Positions 1 to 7,664 of a stretch of 26,774 nt of DNA are shown here, piece by piece. This DNA comes from Acidobacteriota bacterium. Lineage in GTDB: Bacteria; Acidobacteriota; Vicinamibacteria; Vicinamibacterales; 2-12-FULL-66-21. Below the pieces are notes generated by a model. The model ran no database searches. It had not been told where the DNA came from and worked only from the letters and a program-made list of their open reading frames with translations. Position 1 is the first letter of the stretch. Each line of letters starts with the position of its first letter. The stretch spans positions 1 to 26,774 of the forward strand of contig JACDDJ010000001.1 of assembly GCA_013817065.1 (NCBI GenBank), given 5' to 3'. The position numbers and the translations under genes are program-made.

Positions 1-482
1 GCGCACGGCTTCCCCTTGCCGTTCAGCCGCACAGAAATTGTTCCGCTCGCCGGTGCGCCGCGAGTGAGTTGCTTACGATCCGACGAGCGCGTCAGACCGT
101 CGTTCGGGAAAATGCGCGGCTGCTGACCAGCGGCGATCAAGTGGATCTCCTCGACATCAGATCCTTCCTGGTATCTGATCGTGAAGCGCACTCCTCCTTT
201 GAGCTCACAGGTAGTGCTGCCCTGTGCGTTGAGCACCGTCGCATCAGCGTTGGTTACTGGCTTGCCGTTTTGCTGATCGGTCGTGAACGCGAGGCCGTCT
301 GAGTAGAGCCAGTTTGGCGGCGCAGGCTGGCCCCTTGCCGGCTCGTGCTCGAAGATGATGGAACCGTTGCGCACGATCATGGCGGGCCGATCCTCTCTCG
401 GAGTCTGAGCGAAGAGCCAGCCGATACCTCCCACAATCGTTGCCACGATCACCGCGATGCTTCCGAGTCTTGTCTTCCTCAC
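1..482 (-). CDS. Unknown-function N-terminally anchored/secreted protein (paralog B); 3' end runs off the window; not in the ORF track
   Basis: Manual translation from GTG at 482, with AAGGAG 6 nt upstream, is open to position 1: MRKTRLGSIAVIVATIVGGIGWLFAQTPREDRPAMIVRNGSIIFEHE...FTTDQQNGKPVT...TTCELK...NGKGKPC. It shares motifs with 552..1088. Confidence 0.85.
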   Translation of the reverse strand, partial: MRKTRLGSIAVIVATIVGGIGWLFAQTPREDRPAMIVRNGSIIFEHEPARGQPAPPNWLYSDGLAFTTDQQNGKPVTNADATVLNAQGSTTCELKGGVRFTIRYQEGSDVEEIHLIAAGQQPRIFPNDGLTRSSDRKQLTRGAPASGTISVRLNGKGKPC

Positions 483-551
483 CGCATTCTCCTTCACCAA
501 CTGAGGACCGGGGATTCAGCCCTGCACTCCCTCAACTCCGACACCGATACG

Positions 552-1088
552 TCAGTCGAAGAATTCGATCTTTGCTTTCGTGATGTTCGGGCAATCCTTT
601 GTTTCGCCGTCCACCTGCTTATAGCTGAGCGAGAAAACGTTTTCGGAGCCGTGCCGCTCGAGTGTCGGATAGTCCGATCCGTTGGAGTCCCTGAGACCGG
701 AGCCAATAACGAGCGGGATGGGCACCGACGCGTGCCCGTTCGCGGTGGTGATCTGAAAGGACTCGAGGATGGCTGTACCGAAGAAGCGGATTCTGATGTC
801 AGTAACTGGCCGCCGACGCACGTCGCAGCCATGCTGTGGTTTGACCGTGAGCACCATGTGGGTCGCTGGTCGGCCGTTGGGCTGATCCGGCGTCCATCGT
901 CCCTCCCGAACCTGTTTCCACGGTCGGCCCTTTTCGGAATTCTCATTGTCGCCACTCTGGAAGATCAACGATCCTCCCCTGACGATCATCGCGGGTCTGT
1001 CCTCGGCGAAGCGGGGCCTGCGGAAGTAACGGATCGCCGCAACCATCCCGATCCCTGCTGCGATCAGAATTCGTATTTTTGCTCTCAC
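552..1088 (-). CDS. Unknown-function N-terminally anchored/secreted protein (paralog A), 178 aa
   Basis: GTG start with AAGGAG overlapping the kinase stop codon. Basic-then-hydrophobic N-terminus (MRAKIRILIAAGIGMVAAI), EDRPAMIVRGGSLIF motif shared with 1..482, Cys88 and Cys166. Confidence 0.85.
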   Translation of the reverse strand: MRAKIRILIAAGIGMVAAIRYFRRPRFAEDRPAMIVRGGSLIFQSGDNENSEKGRPWKQVREGRWTPDQPNGRPATHMVLTVKPQHGCDVRRRPVTDIRIRFFGTAILESFQITTANGHASVPIPLVIGSGLRDSNGSDYPTLERHGSENVFSLSYKQVDGETKDCPNITKAKIEFFD

Positions 1089-1098
1089 ACCGTGCTCC

Positions 1099-4068
1099 TT
1101 ATCGCTGCTCGAGGCCGCTTCTCCTGGCGAGGTCCAGCAGGTCGGCCCGGTTTTCGTATGCCTCGACGCCCTCTTTCCACTGGGCGCGAAGCCGGCTTCG
1201 TGCCTGGCTGGCGCGTTGTGACAAGGCCGTGCTGCGCGCTGCGTCCTTGAGCCCGCGCGCCGCGGCCGCGCCTATCGCAGCCAGGCGCCACTCGAGTTCC
1301 GGCGAAGCACTGACCCTGGCGTCGCCGAGCGCCTCCTCCGCCCCCTTCAGGGCAGCCCGATGGTCCCCGGCCAGGAGATCCGCGTAGCCGACCCAGTAAC
1401 GCGGTTCTGTGGACACCGGTGTTGCCGCCTCTCGTGCGGTGCTCCACACGTCCTGCGAGATGGCGTTCCCGAGCCGAGCTTCCGCATATGTGAACAGCGC
1501 GATCGCCAGCTTGCCGGCCGAATCCTGTATGCCGCGCGGGTCACGGAAAAGCGGGGTGGTGATCCGCGCGCTCTCGCTGAAGTTGCCTTCGACTGCGTAC
1601 CGAAGCCCTTTCAAGGCGATCGCGCGCCGCTCGCGTTCTCGGAACGAGTCGATTCGCTTCGCGGCACCAGCGTGGAGTTCTGCGAGGAGAGGCTCAGACT
1701 CCGCGCCCCGACCCATCCGGATCAGCAGTTCGGCACGATTCGTGAGGTCATAGGGCAGCGCATCGAGCGTATTCTGCTGCCGATTCATTGCCTCGGTTCG
1801 AGCCCTGAGCCGTTCCGCGTGCGGCAGATTCCCCTCGGCGACGACGAAACCCGCAAGGTTTTCGAGTGCAAACGCCGCCGACGCGTCGTCGCCGACGCGC
1901 TCGGCAAGCTCGAGCCCTTCTTCCGAGATTTGGCGTCCTTCCGCGACGCGGCCAAGATCCTCGAGGGTCCTCGACATGATGAGAAGCAGTTGAAGTTCGT
2001 ACCGTCGATACTGTTTGTCCCTCAGAAAATCGAGAACCTGGGTTTCGATCTCCAGGGCCTTGGCGGGTTGTTCGAACTGTGTCAGGGCAGCTGACCTCTG
2101 CATCTTCGCACGCGCGACGATGCGCTGGGCGTTGCGCCGCGTGGCGAGGTCGATCGCCCGTTCGAAGTGGACGTCGATGGATCGAAGCACTGCCGCGTTC
2201 GGAGCTTCGTGAATGCGACTCCGGAAAAGTGCGCTTCCGAGGTCGATCAACCCTTCCGCTGCGACGGTATCGAGACCATGCTTGAGCGCCATCTGCACGG
2301 CGTCGTTCGCGATCTGCTGTGCCTTCACGTAGGCGCCCTCGGTAGCGGTCACGCTGCTCAATTCGAGTTGCGCTCGAATGAATTGCTCGCGATGATCGAG
2401 GGTCTCTGCGAGCGACGCGGCCTTCTCCAGGGCCTGCCGCGCGAGCTGTCTCTCACCGAGGCCATTCAAGTAGGTTCCACGGCGCAGCAGTGTCTCTGCG
2501 ATCCCCTCGGCATCGCTCGCTTGGCGATACAGCTCCTCCGCACGCGCGAAGGCTTTGAGGGCGTCCTCTTTTTCGCCGAGCTGTGACACGACCGTCGCGC
2601 GTCTCAGATGCGCTGCGGCATTCTCGGGGTCCAGTTGAATTGCCCGATCGAAGCTTGCCCGGGCCAGCACAGGCTGAACGGCGGCGTCCTGGGCACGACC
2701 GAGGTCCAGCCAAGCCCCAGAGTCACTCGGCTTCAGCTTCGTCAGGCGATCGTATTCGGCAACCACCTCGTCGACGCGCCGCAACATCAGCGCTCGAACG
2801 GCCCGCAGCCGCGCGCGGTCTTCGTCCGACAGCCGCCGCTCATCACTCGCCAGCGTGCCGACGGTATTGAGTGCGTCCTGCGCGCACTGGTGATCGTCCA
2901 GCTCGGTGCATGCTTCTGCCAGGCGCACGTAGGCGGGCACGTATCCAGGTGCGAGTTGGACGGCACTGCTCAGCGTCACTCGAGCGTTGTTGTAGGCTCC
3001 GTCCCTGATGAACGCCGTGCCGCGCTCATAGCGACGGTGCGCCTCGGGCGGCGCGACGAACTCCTCGGGCGCCCCGGTCCACTTCCACACGCCGATCGCA
3101 GCCATCACCGCGAGGACAGCGGCTCCGGCGGCGAGCATCGCCGCAAGGGAAAATCCTCGGCGGGGGAGTGTACCGACACCACTGATCGAACCCGACCCCG
3201 ACGATATCCGCAACGCGCCGAGCAGTTCCTCGGCGGATCGGAACCTGTCGTCGGGGTGCTTGGCGAGCAGCCGCCGGCACAGTTCATCGTGGTGTTCGTT
3301 CAGTTCACGCCGGATGGACGATACCGGCGGCGGATCGTGGCGCAGGATGCTGCTCGCCACTTCGGCTGAGGACGGACCGGTGAACGGCCGCTGCCCGGTC
3401 AGGCACTCGTGCAGCACCGTGCCGAGGGAGAACAGATCGCTGCGGGCATCGAGCGGACGCTGCGCCACCTGCTCCGGCGACATGTAAGGCAGGGTTCCGA
3501 CCACCGCGCCGGGCGTCGTCAGATTCGTGGTTGTTGAATCGGTGCCGGCATGGTCGCCGGCCAGGCTGTGGACCGCAAGACCGAAGTCGAGCAGCTTCGC
3601 CTGGTTGCTCGAAGTGAGAATGATGTTCTGCGGCTTGATGTCCCTGTGGATGATGTTGTGCGCGTGCGCGGCTTCGAGCGCGGCCGCGAGATCGGTGGCG
3701 ACCGACAGCGCCAGCCTCACATCGAGTGGACCGCTGCGAAGCTTGTCCGCAAGGGTCTGCCCCTCGATGTACTGCATGACGATGCAGGCGCGACCGTCAG
3801 GTTCGGCGATGACCTCGTGGACGCCGCAGATGTTGGGATGATCGAGCGCGGCCGCTGCGCGTGCTTCGCGGAGCAGCCGCCGGCGCGACGCGTCGTCGGC
3901 GGCCTTATCCGGTGCGATGAACTTGATGGCTACGGGGCGATCGAGCGCGAGATCCTGCGCGAGATAGACGCTTCCCATCCCGCCCGAGCCAATGAGGCGA
4001 TCGAGCCGGTAGTTCGAGAGCCGCGCACCGGGAGCGACTGGATCCATCGGGAGCCGAGCCGAACGCAT
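1099..4068 (-). CDS. Membrane Ser/Thr (Hanks-type) protein kinase with C-terminal TPR-like helical ectodomain
   Basis: GSGGMGSV, VAIK, HRDIKPQN, DFG, YMSPE and SDLFS motifs. One hydrophobic segment (LAAMLAAGAAVLAVMAAIGVW), then TPR-like repeats (e.g. AWLDLGRAQ...ARASFDRAIQLDPENAAAHL). The alternative start is ATG at 4047. Confidence 0.93.
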   Translation of the reverse strand: MRSARLPMDPVAPGARLSNYRLDRLIGSGGMGSVYLAQDLALDRPVAIKFIAPDKAADDASRRRLLREARAAAALDHPNICGVHEVIAEPDGRACIVMQYIEGQTLADKLRSGPLDVRLALSVATDLAAALEAAHAHNIIHRDIKPQNIILTSSNQAKLLDFGLAVHSLAGDHAGTDSTTTNLTTPGAVVGTLPYMSPEQVAQRPLDARSDLFSLGTVLHECLTGQRPFTGPSSAEVASSILRHDPPPVSSIRRELNEHHDELCRRLLAKHPDDRFRSAEELLGALRISSGSGSISGVGTLPRRGFSLAAMLAAGAAVLAVMAAIGVWKWTGAPEEFVAPPEAHRRYERGTAFIRDGAYNNARVTLSSAVQLAPGYVPAYVRLAEACTELDDHQCAQDALNTVGTLASDERRLSDEDRARLRAVRALMLRRVDEVVAEYDRLTKLKPSDSGAWLDLGRAQDAAVQPVLARASFDRAIQLDPENAAAHLRRATVVSQLGEKEDALKAFARAEELYRQASDAEGIAETLLRRGTYLNGLGERQLARQALEKAASLAETLDHREQFIRAQLELSSVTATEGAYVKAQQIANDAVQMALKHGLDTVAAEGLIDLGSALFRSRIHEAPNAAVLRSIDVHFERAIDLATRRNAQRIVARAKMQRSAALTQFEQPAKALEIETQVLDFLRDKQYRRYELQLLLIMSRTLEDLGRVAEGRQISEEGLELAERVGDDASAAFALENLAGFVVAEGNLPHAERLRARTEAMNRQQNTLDALPYDLTNRAELLIRMGRGAESEPLLAELHAGAAKRIDSFRERERRAIALKGLRYAVEGNFSESARITTPLFRDPRGIQDSAGKLAIALFTYAEARLGNAISQDVWSTAREAATPVSTEPRYWVGYADLLAGDHRAALKGAEEALGDARVSASPELEWRLAAIGAAAARGLKDAARSTALSQRASQARSRLRAQWKEGVEAYENRADLLDLARRSGLEQR

Positions 4069-4097
4069 CTACCTGTCGGTCGCTGGGAAAGCGCCCG

Positions 4098-4108
4098 AAG
4101 ATAGCACA
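4098..4108 (-). promoter_or_regulatory. Possible extended -10 element (TGTGcTATCTT) upstream of the TPR kinase
   Basis: TG-n-TAnnnT match in the 46-nt rhomboid-kinase spacer. Confidence 0.35.
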
Positions 4109-4114
4109 TCTCGC

Positions 4115-4858
4115 TCACCGCCGCGCCGGCGGACGGCTGCCGATGGCGAAAATCCGCACCAGCACCGCGCCGGCGATGAAGCCGCCGATGTGCGCCATGA
4201 AGGCGACGCCGCCGCCCGACTGTGGTCCCTGGCCGAGCACACCGTAGGCGCTGATCAACTGCAGGATGAACCACAGGCCGACGGCCACGTAGCCGGGGAC
4301 CTGCGTGATCATGCGCAGCAGCAGCACTCGGACCCGCCGGTGCGGGTGCATCACGAGGTAGGCGCCCATCACGGCCGAGATGGCGCCCGAGGCACCCAGG
4401 CTCGGGATGAACGGGTTGTCGCCAAAGACAAAGGTCGAGACGACGTGGGCGATCGACGCAAGCACACCGGTCGCGAGGTAGAAGGCGGTGTAGCGGCCGT
4501 GCCCGAGGTCGTCCTCGATGTTGTCGCCGAAGATCCACAGGAACAACATGTTGCCGAGCAGGTGCATCAGGCTGCCGTGCATGAACATCGACACCAGCAG
4601 GGTGAGGTAGACGGAACCGGGCGTCTCCTGCAGCGGGATGACGGCCGACTGGTCGCCGATCTCGACCCGGACCGGTCGAGCGACGTCTTCGCCGGTTCGG
4701 ATCTCCTGGGGAACCGTCGAGAAGGAATACGTGAACCGCTCGTTGTTGCCCATGCCCTGGAAGAGCACGAACACCAGCACGTTCATCGCAATCAGCAGAT
4801 ACGTGACGTACGGCGTGCGCAGCCGTCCAGTGTTGTCGTCGCCGATCGGGAATACCAT
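4115..4858 (-). CDS. Rhomboid family intramembrane serine protease
   Basis: HLLGNMLFLWIFG, catalytic Ser in GASGAIS, catalytic His in AHIGGF, multiple TM segments. Confidence 0.95.
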   Translation of the reverse strand: MVFPIGDDNTGRLRTPYVTYLLIAMNVLVFVLFQGMGNNERFTYSFSTVPQEIRTGEDVARPVRVEIGDQSAVIPLQETPGSVYLTLLVSMFMHGSLMHLLGNMLFLWIFGDNIEDDLGHGRYTAFYLATGVLASIAHVVSTFVFGDNPFIPSLGASGAISAVMGAYLVMHPHRRVRVLLLRMITQVPGYVAVGLWFILQLISAYGVLGQGPQSGGGVAFMAHIGGFIAGAVLVRIFAIGSRPPARR

Positions 4859-4898
4859 CTCACCCCACCTTCAAACCGTCTGAGCCTGGTCGAGCAGT

Positions 4899-5189
4899 TT
4901 ACTCGGCGACGTCTTTTTCGCGCGGCCGCCAGAGGATCAGGACCTTGCCAACCCGATGCACGGCTGCCGCGGCGGTGCGGGCGCAGATCTCGTCGCCGAT
5001 CGCGATCCGGTCCGCCCGGTCGGCAGCATTGACCTTGACCTTGATCAGTTCGTGCGCCGTCAGCGCGCGATCGACTTCGGCGATCAGCGTGTCGGTGATG
5101 CCCGCATTGCCAGCCTGCACCACTGGCTCGAGTGCGTGCGCGCGGGCTTTGAGGTGAGCACGTTCCCGGGCAGTCAATGGCGTGGCCAT
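4899..5189 (-). CDS. yhbY: YhbY family (CRM domain) RNA-binding / ribosome assembly protein
   Basis: 96 aa with LTxRERxHLKARAHALEPVV, ALTAHELIKVK and VGKVLILWR signatures. Confidence 0.93.
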   Translation of the reverse strand: MATPLTARERAHLKARAHALEPVVQAGNAGITDTLIAEVDRALTAHELIKVKVNAADRADRIAIGDEICARTAAAAVHRVGKVLILWRPREKDVAE

Positions 5190-5194
5190 GCGCC

Positions 5195-5223
5195 ATTGTA
5201 GTCTTCGAGGCGCCCGGTATCAT
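5195..5223. promoter_or_regulatory. Back-to-back -10 hexamers for yhbY (TACAAT, - strand, 5195-5200) and selO (TATCAT, + strand, 5218-5223)
   Basis: Each hexamer lies 5-6 nt before its start codon in a 40-nt divergent spacer. Confidence 0.55.
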
Positions 5224-5229
5224 GGAGGC

Positions 5230-6675
5230 ATGCCAGGCTGGCGCCTCGAACATACCTACGCGGACCTTCCCCAACTCTTCTATGCCGACGCCAGGCCGGC
5301 GCCGGTTCGAGCGCCGCGTCTCGTCGCATGCAACAAACAGCTCGCGGTAACGCTCGGCCTGGAGCCGGAGACGCTGGACGGCCCGCAGGGCGCCGAGATC
5401 TTCGCCGGCAACGCCCTGCCCGAGGGCGCCAGACCGATTGCCCAGGCGTACGCCGGCCACCAGTTCGGCGGCTTCACCGCTCTCGGTGACGGCCGCGCCA
5501 TTTTGCTCGGCGAGCAGGTGACGCCGTCAGGGGACCGCTTCGACATCCAGTTGAAAGGGGCAGGGCAGACGCGCTACTCGCGACGCGGGGACGGGCGCGC
5601 CGCGCTCGGGCCGATGCTGCGCGAATACATCATCAGCGAGGCGATGCACGCGCTTGGCATCCCGACCACCCGCAGTCTCGCGGTCGTGATGACCGGCGAG
5701 CCGGTGTATCGCGAGTCGGAGCTCGAAGGCGCCGTCCTCACGAGGGTGGCCTCGAGCCATATTCGGGTAGGCACGATGCAGTGGGCGGCCGCGCACGACG
5801 ATCAGCCGGCACTGCGCGCCCTCGCTGACTACACCCGGGCGCGGCATTATCCGGAACTTGCCGACGCCGCGGAGCCGCACCTCGCCCTGCTCGACGCGAT
5901 CATCGAACGGCAGGCGCGCCTGATCGTCCAGTGGCAGCTGGTCGGCTTCATCCACGGCGTGATGAACACCGACAACATGGCGCTGTCGGGCGAAACCATC
6001 GACTACGGACCCTGCGCGTTCATGGACGCGTACGATCCTGAAACCGTGTTCAGCTCGATCGACCACGGCGGCCGATACGCTTACGGCAATCAGCCGCCAG
6101 TCGCGCAGTGGAACCTCGCGCGCCTCGCGGAAGCGATGTTGCCGCTGCTGAACGCTGATCTCAACCGTGCCGTCGAGCTGGCGACCGCATCACTCGAGCG
6201 GTTTCCGGTACTGTTCGAGAGCGGATGGCTCGCCGGAATGCGCTCCAAGCTCGGGCTGTTCACCGAAGAGCCGGAAGACAAGGCGCTCGTCGACGATCTG
6301 CTCCTCTGGATGGAGCGAACATCCGCCGACTTCACCAACACCTTTCGGAATCTGACGATGGCAGATCGCTCGGAGGATGCGCGGAGGTTAGACGCGCAGT
6401 TCGATGCCTGGCACAGCCGGCTGGACGCGCGGCGCGCACGGCAAACGCAGTCGCGCGCTGAGGCGGAGGCGCTGATGCGAGCCCACAATCCCGCCTTCAT
6501 CCCACGCAATCACAAGGTGGAGGAGGCGCTGCAAGCCGCCAGTGGAAACGACGACTTCACCGTGATGCAGCGGTTGCTGGACGTCCTCGCAACACCCTAC
6601 GATCACGACCGCGACCTGCCGGCTTTCAGCGCGCCGGGCGACTCCAGGACTTACCGCACGTTCTGCGGGACCTGA
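5230..6675 (+). CDS. selO: Protein adenylyltransferase SelO (YdiU/UPF0061 pseudokinase AMPylase)
   Basis: YAGHQFG, LGDGRA, QLKGAGxTxYSRxGDGRA, HGVMNTDN, IDYGP and C-terminal TFCGT. ATG 5230 preceded by GGAGG is preferred over the track start 5182. Confidence 0.95.
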   Translation: MPGWRLEHTYADLPQLFYADARPAPVRAPRLVACNKQLAVTLGLEPETLDGPQGAEIFAGNALPEGARPIAQAYAGHQFGGFTALGDGRAILLGEQVTPSGDRFDIQLKGAGQTRYSRRGDGRAALGPMLREYIISEAMHALGIPTTRSLAVVMTGEPVYRESELEGAVLTRVASSHIRVGTMQWAAAHDDQPALRALADYTRARHYPELADAAEPHLALLDAIIERQARLIVQWQLVGFIHGVMNTDNMALSGETIDYGPCAFMDAYDPETVFSSIDHGGRYAYGNQPPVAQWNLARLAEAMLPLLNADLNRAVELATASLERFPVLFESGWLAGMRSKLGLFTEEPEDKALVDDLLLWMERTSADFTNTFRNLTMADRSEDARRLDAQFDAWHSRLDARRARQTQSRAEAEALMRAHNPAFIPRNHKVEEALQAASGNDDFTVMQRLLDVLATPYDHDRDLPAFSAPGDSRTYRTFCGT

Positions 6676-6686
6676 CAACGCGCCCA

Positions 6687-6710
6687 GGGCGGTTCTCGAA
6701 CCGCCCCTAC
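6687..6710 (-). repeat. GTAG-type REP-like palindrome GTAG-GGGCGGTT-CGAG-AACCGCCC, also a likely bidirectional terminator
   Basis: Perfect 8-bp stem and 4-nt loop preceded by the GTAG tetranucleotide, between convergent selO and DoxX genes. Confidence 0.6.
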
Positions 6711-7189
6711 GACCCGTCGCGCGCAGGCGCGGGATGACGAACGGTGCCACCGAGGACCATCGCGGCAGAGATGATCAGCAGGTTCTTGATGATGTACTGA
6801 CCTTCGATCGTCGGCGCGTACGGAACGTGCCCGGGCTGAAAAGTCACATCGGGCAGAATCGCGAGCGGCAGAAAGGTCCCGACCATCTGCATCGCGAGCA
6901 GCCCGATCGCAATCCGTGATGTCTTTCGAGTCAGGAACGTCAAGCCGATCGCGATTTCCCACCAGCCGATAATCGCGAGCCACGTGTCGGGATCGAAAAA
7001 CGGTATCCAGGCGACGGTTGCCTTCACCAGGGGGCCAGCGGGCGATAGTCCAAGCGGTTTCAGGATCCCGAACCACACGAAAATAATCGCCAGCGACACG
7101 CGCAACGCCGGCACTCCCCAGCGCCGCATGATCGTCGAGATGGTTCGGTCCAGCCGATCGACCTGCTCGGGAACCTCTGGAAGATCCAC
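6707..7189 (-). CDS. DoxX family membrane protein
   Basis: LRVSLAIIFVWFGILK, GWWEIAIGL, GQYIIKNLLII pattern and four hydrophobic segments. TAGACT lies 5 nt before the GTG start. Confidence 0.85.
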   Translation of the reverse strand: MDLPEVPEQVDRLDRTISTIMRRWGVPALRVSLAIIFVWFGILKPLGLSPAGPLVKATVAWIPFFDPDTWLAIIGWWEIAIGLTFLTRKTSRIAIGLLAMQMVGTFLPLAILPDVTFQPGHVPYAPTIEGQYIIKNLLIISAAMVLGGTVRHPAPARDGS

Positions 7190-7238
7190 ACGTCAGTCTA
7201 CCGTGCGCTGGGGGTCGTCCAGTCAGGGCCGCTGTTCC

Positions 7239-7254
7239 CGGCTCGCTTCTTGCG
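7239..7254 (+). promoter_or_regulatory. Sigma54-type -24/-12 element CGGCTCGCTTCTTGCG
   Basis: GG-N10-GC with TT before GC (consensus TGGCACG-N4-TTGCW), 13 nt upstream of a small ORF. Confidence 0.55.
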
Positions 7255-7266
7255 AATCGGGATCGT

Positions 7267-7401
7267 ATGACGAACACGCCCGTACCTCAGCCGCCCGACC
7301 CGAGCCCGATGCCGTCACCGGATCTCACGCCGGATCCGAATCCTCCGCAGCCGCCGTTGCCACTGCCGAAGCCAAATGTGAGGGCCAGAGTGCATCGATG
7401 A
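7267..7401 (+). CDS. Pro-rich microprotein 1 (44 aa): MTNTPVPQPPDPSPMPSPDLTPDPNPPQPPLPLPKPNVRARVHR
   Basis: Manual translation. It fills the DoxX-ybjQ gap, and its TGA directly abuts the convergent ybjQ stop (TGATCA). The N-terminus resembles 21136..21282. Confidence 0.6.
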   Translation: MTNTPVPQPPDPSPMPSPDLTPDPNPPQPPLPLPKPNVRARVHR

Positions 7402-7644
7402 TCAGCACACCACCGCGGTGCCGCTGACTGACACCATCAGCATCCCGTTGTTCTGCCCGAGCACCTCGTAATCGATATCGATGGCGATCACGGCATTGGC
7501 ACCGAGCTCGGTCGCGCGCTCCTGCACCTCCTGCATCGCCACTTCGCGCGCTTCTGCGAGGCCGCGCTCGGAGGTCGCCGAACGGCCGCCGACGATGTCG
7601 CGAACGGTGGCGAAGAGGTCGCGGAACACATTTGCCCCGACCAT
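7402..7644 (-). pseudogene. ybjQ: YbjQ/UPF0145 family protein lacking its N-terminal part
   Basis: [20 protein letters not shown]...ARExAMxE...[14 protein letters not shown]...[11 protein letters not shown]. The family's N-terminal roughly 25 aa and an RBS cannot fit in the 20 nt after the upstream stop. Confidence 0.75.
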
Positions 7645-7664
7645 CCGCGAGCCGTGCGAGCGGC

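Noticed and set aside
345-1250. 301-aa + strand ORF
   Set aside because: Antisense to the two paralogs, which have RBSs, signal-like N-termini and mutual homology; it has no recognisable motifs.
1360-4104. Several long + strand ORFs (1360..2094, 2608..3369, 3550..4104 and others)
   Set aside because: Antisense shadows of the high-GC kinase gene.
6673-6710. Possible selenocysteine readthrough of the selO TGA, since a hairpin starts 11 nt downstream like a bacterial SECIS
   Set aside because: Cys already occupies the Sec-homologous C-terminal position (TFCGT). Readthrough would run into the convergent gene, and the hairpin is better explained as a GTAG REP or terminator.
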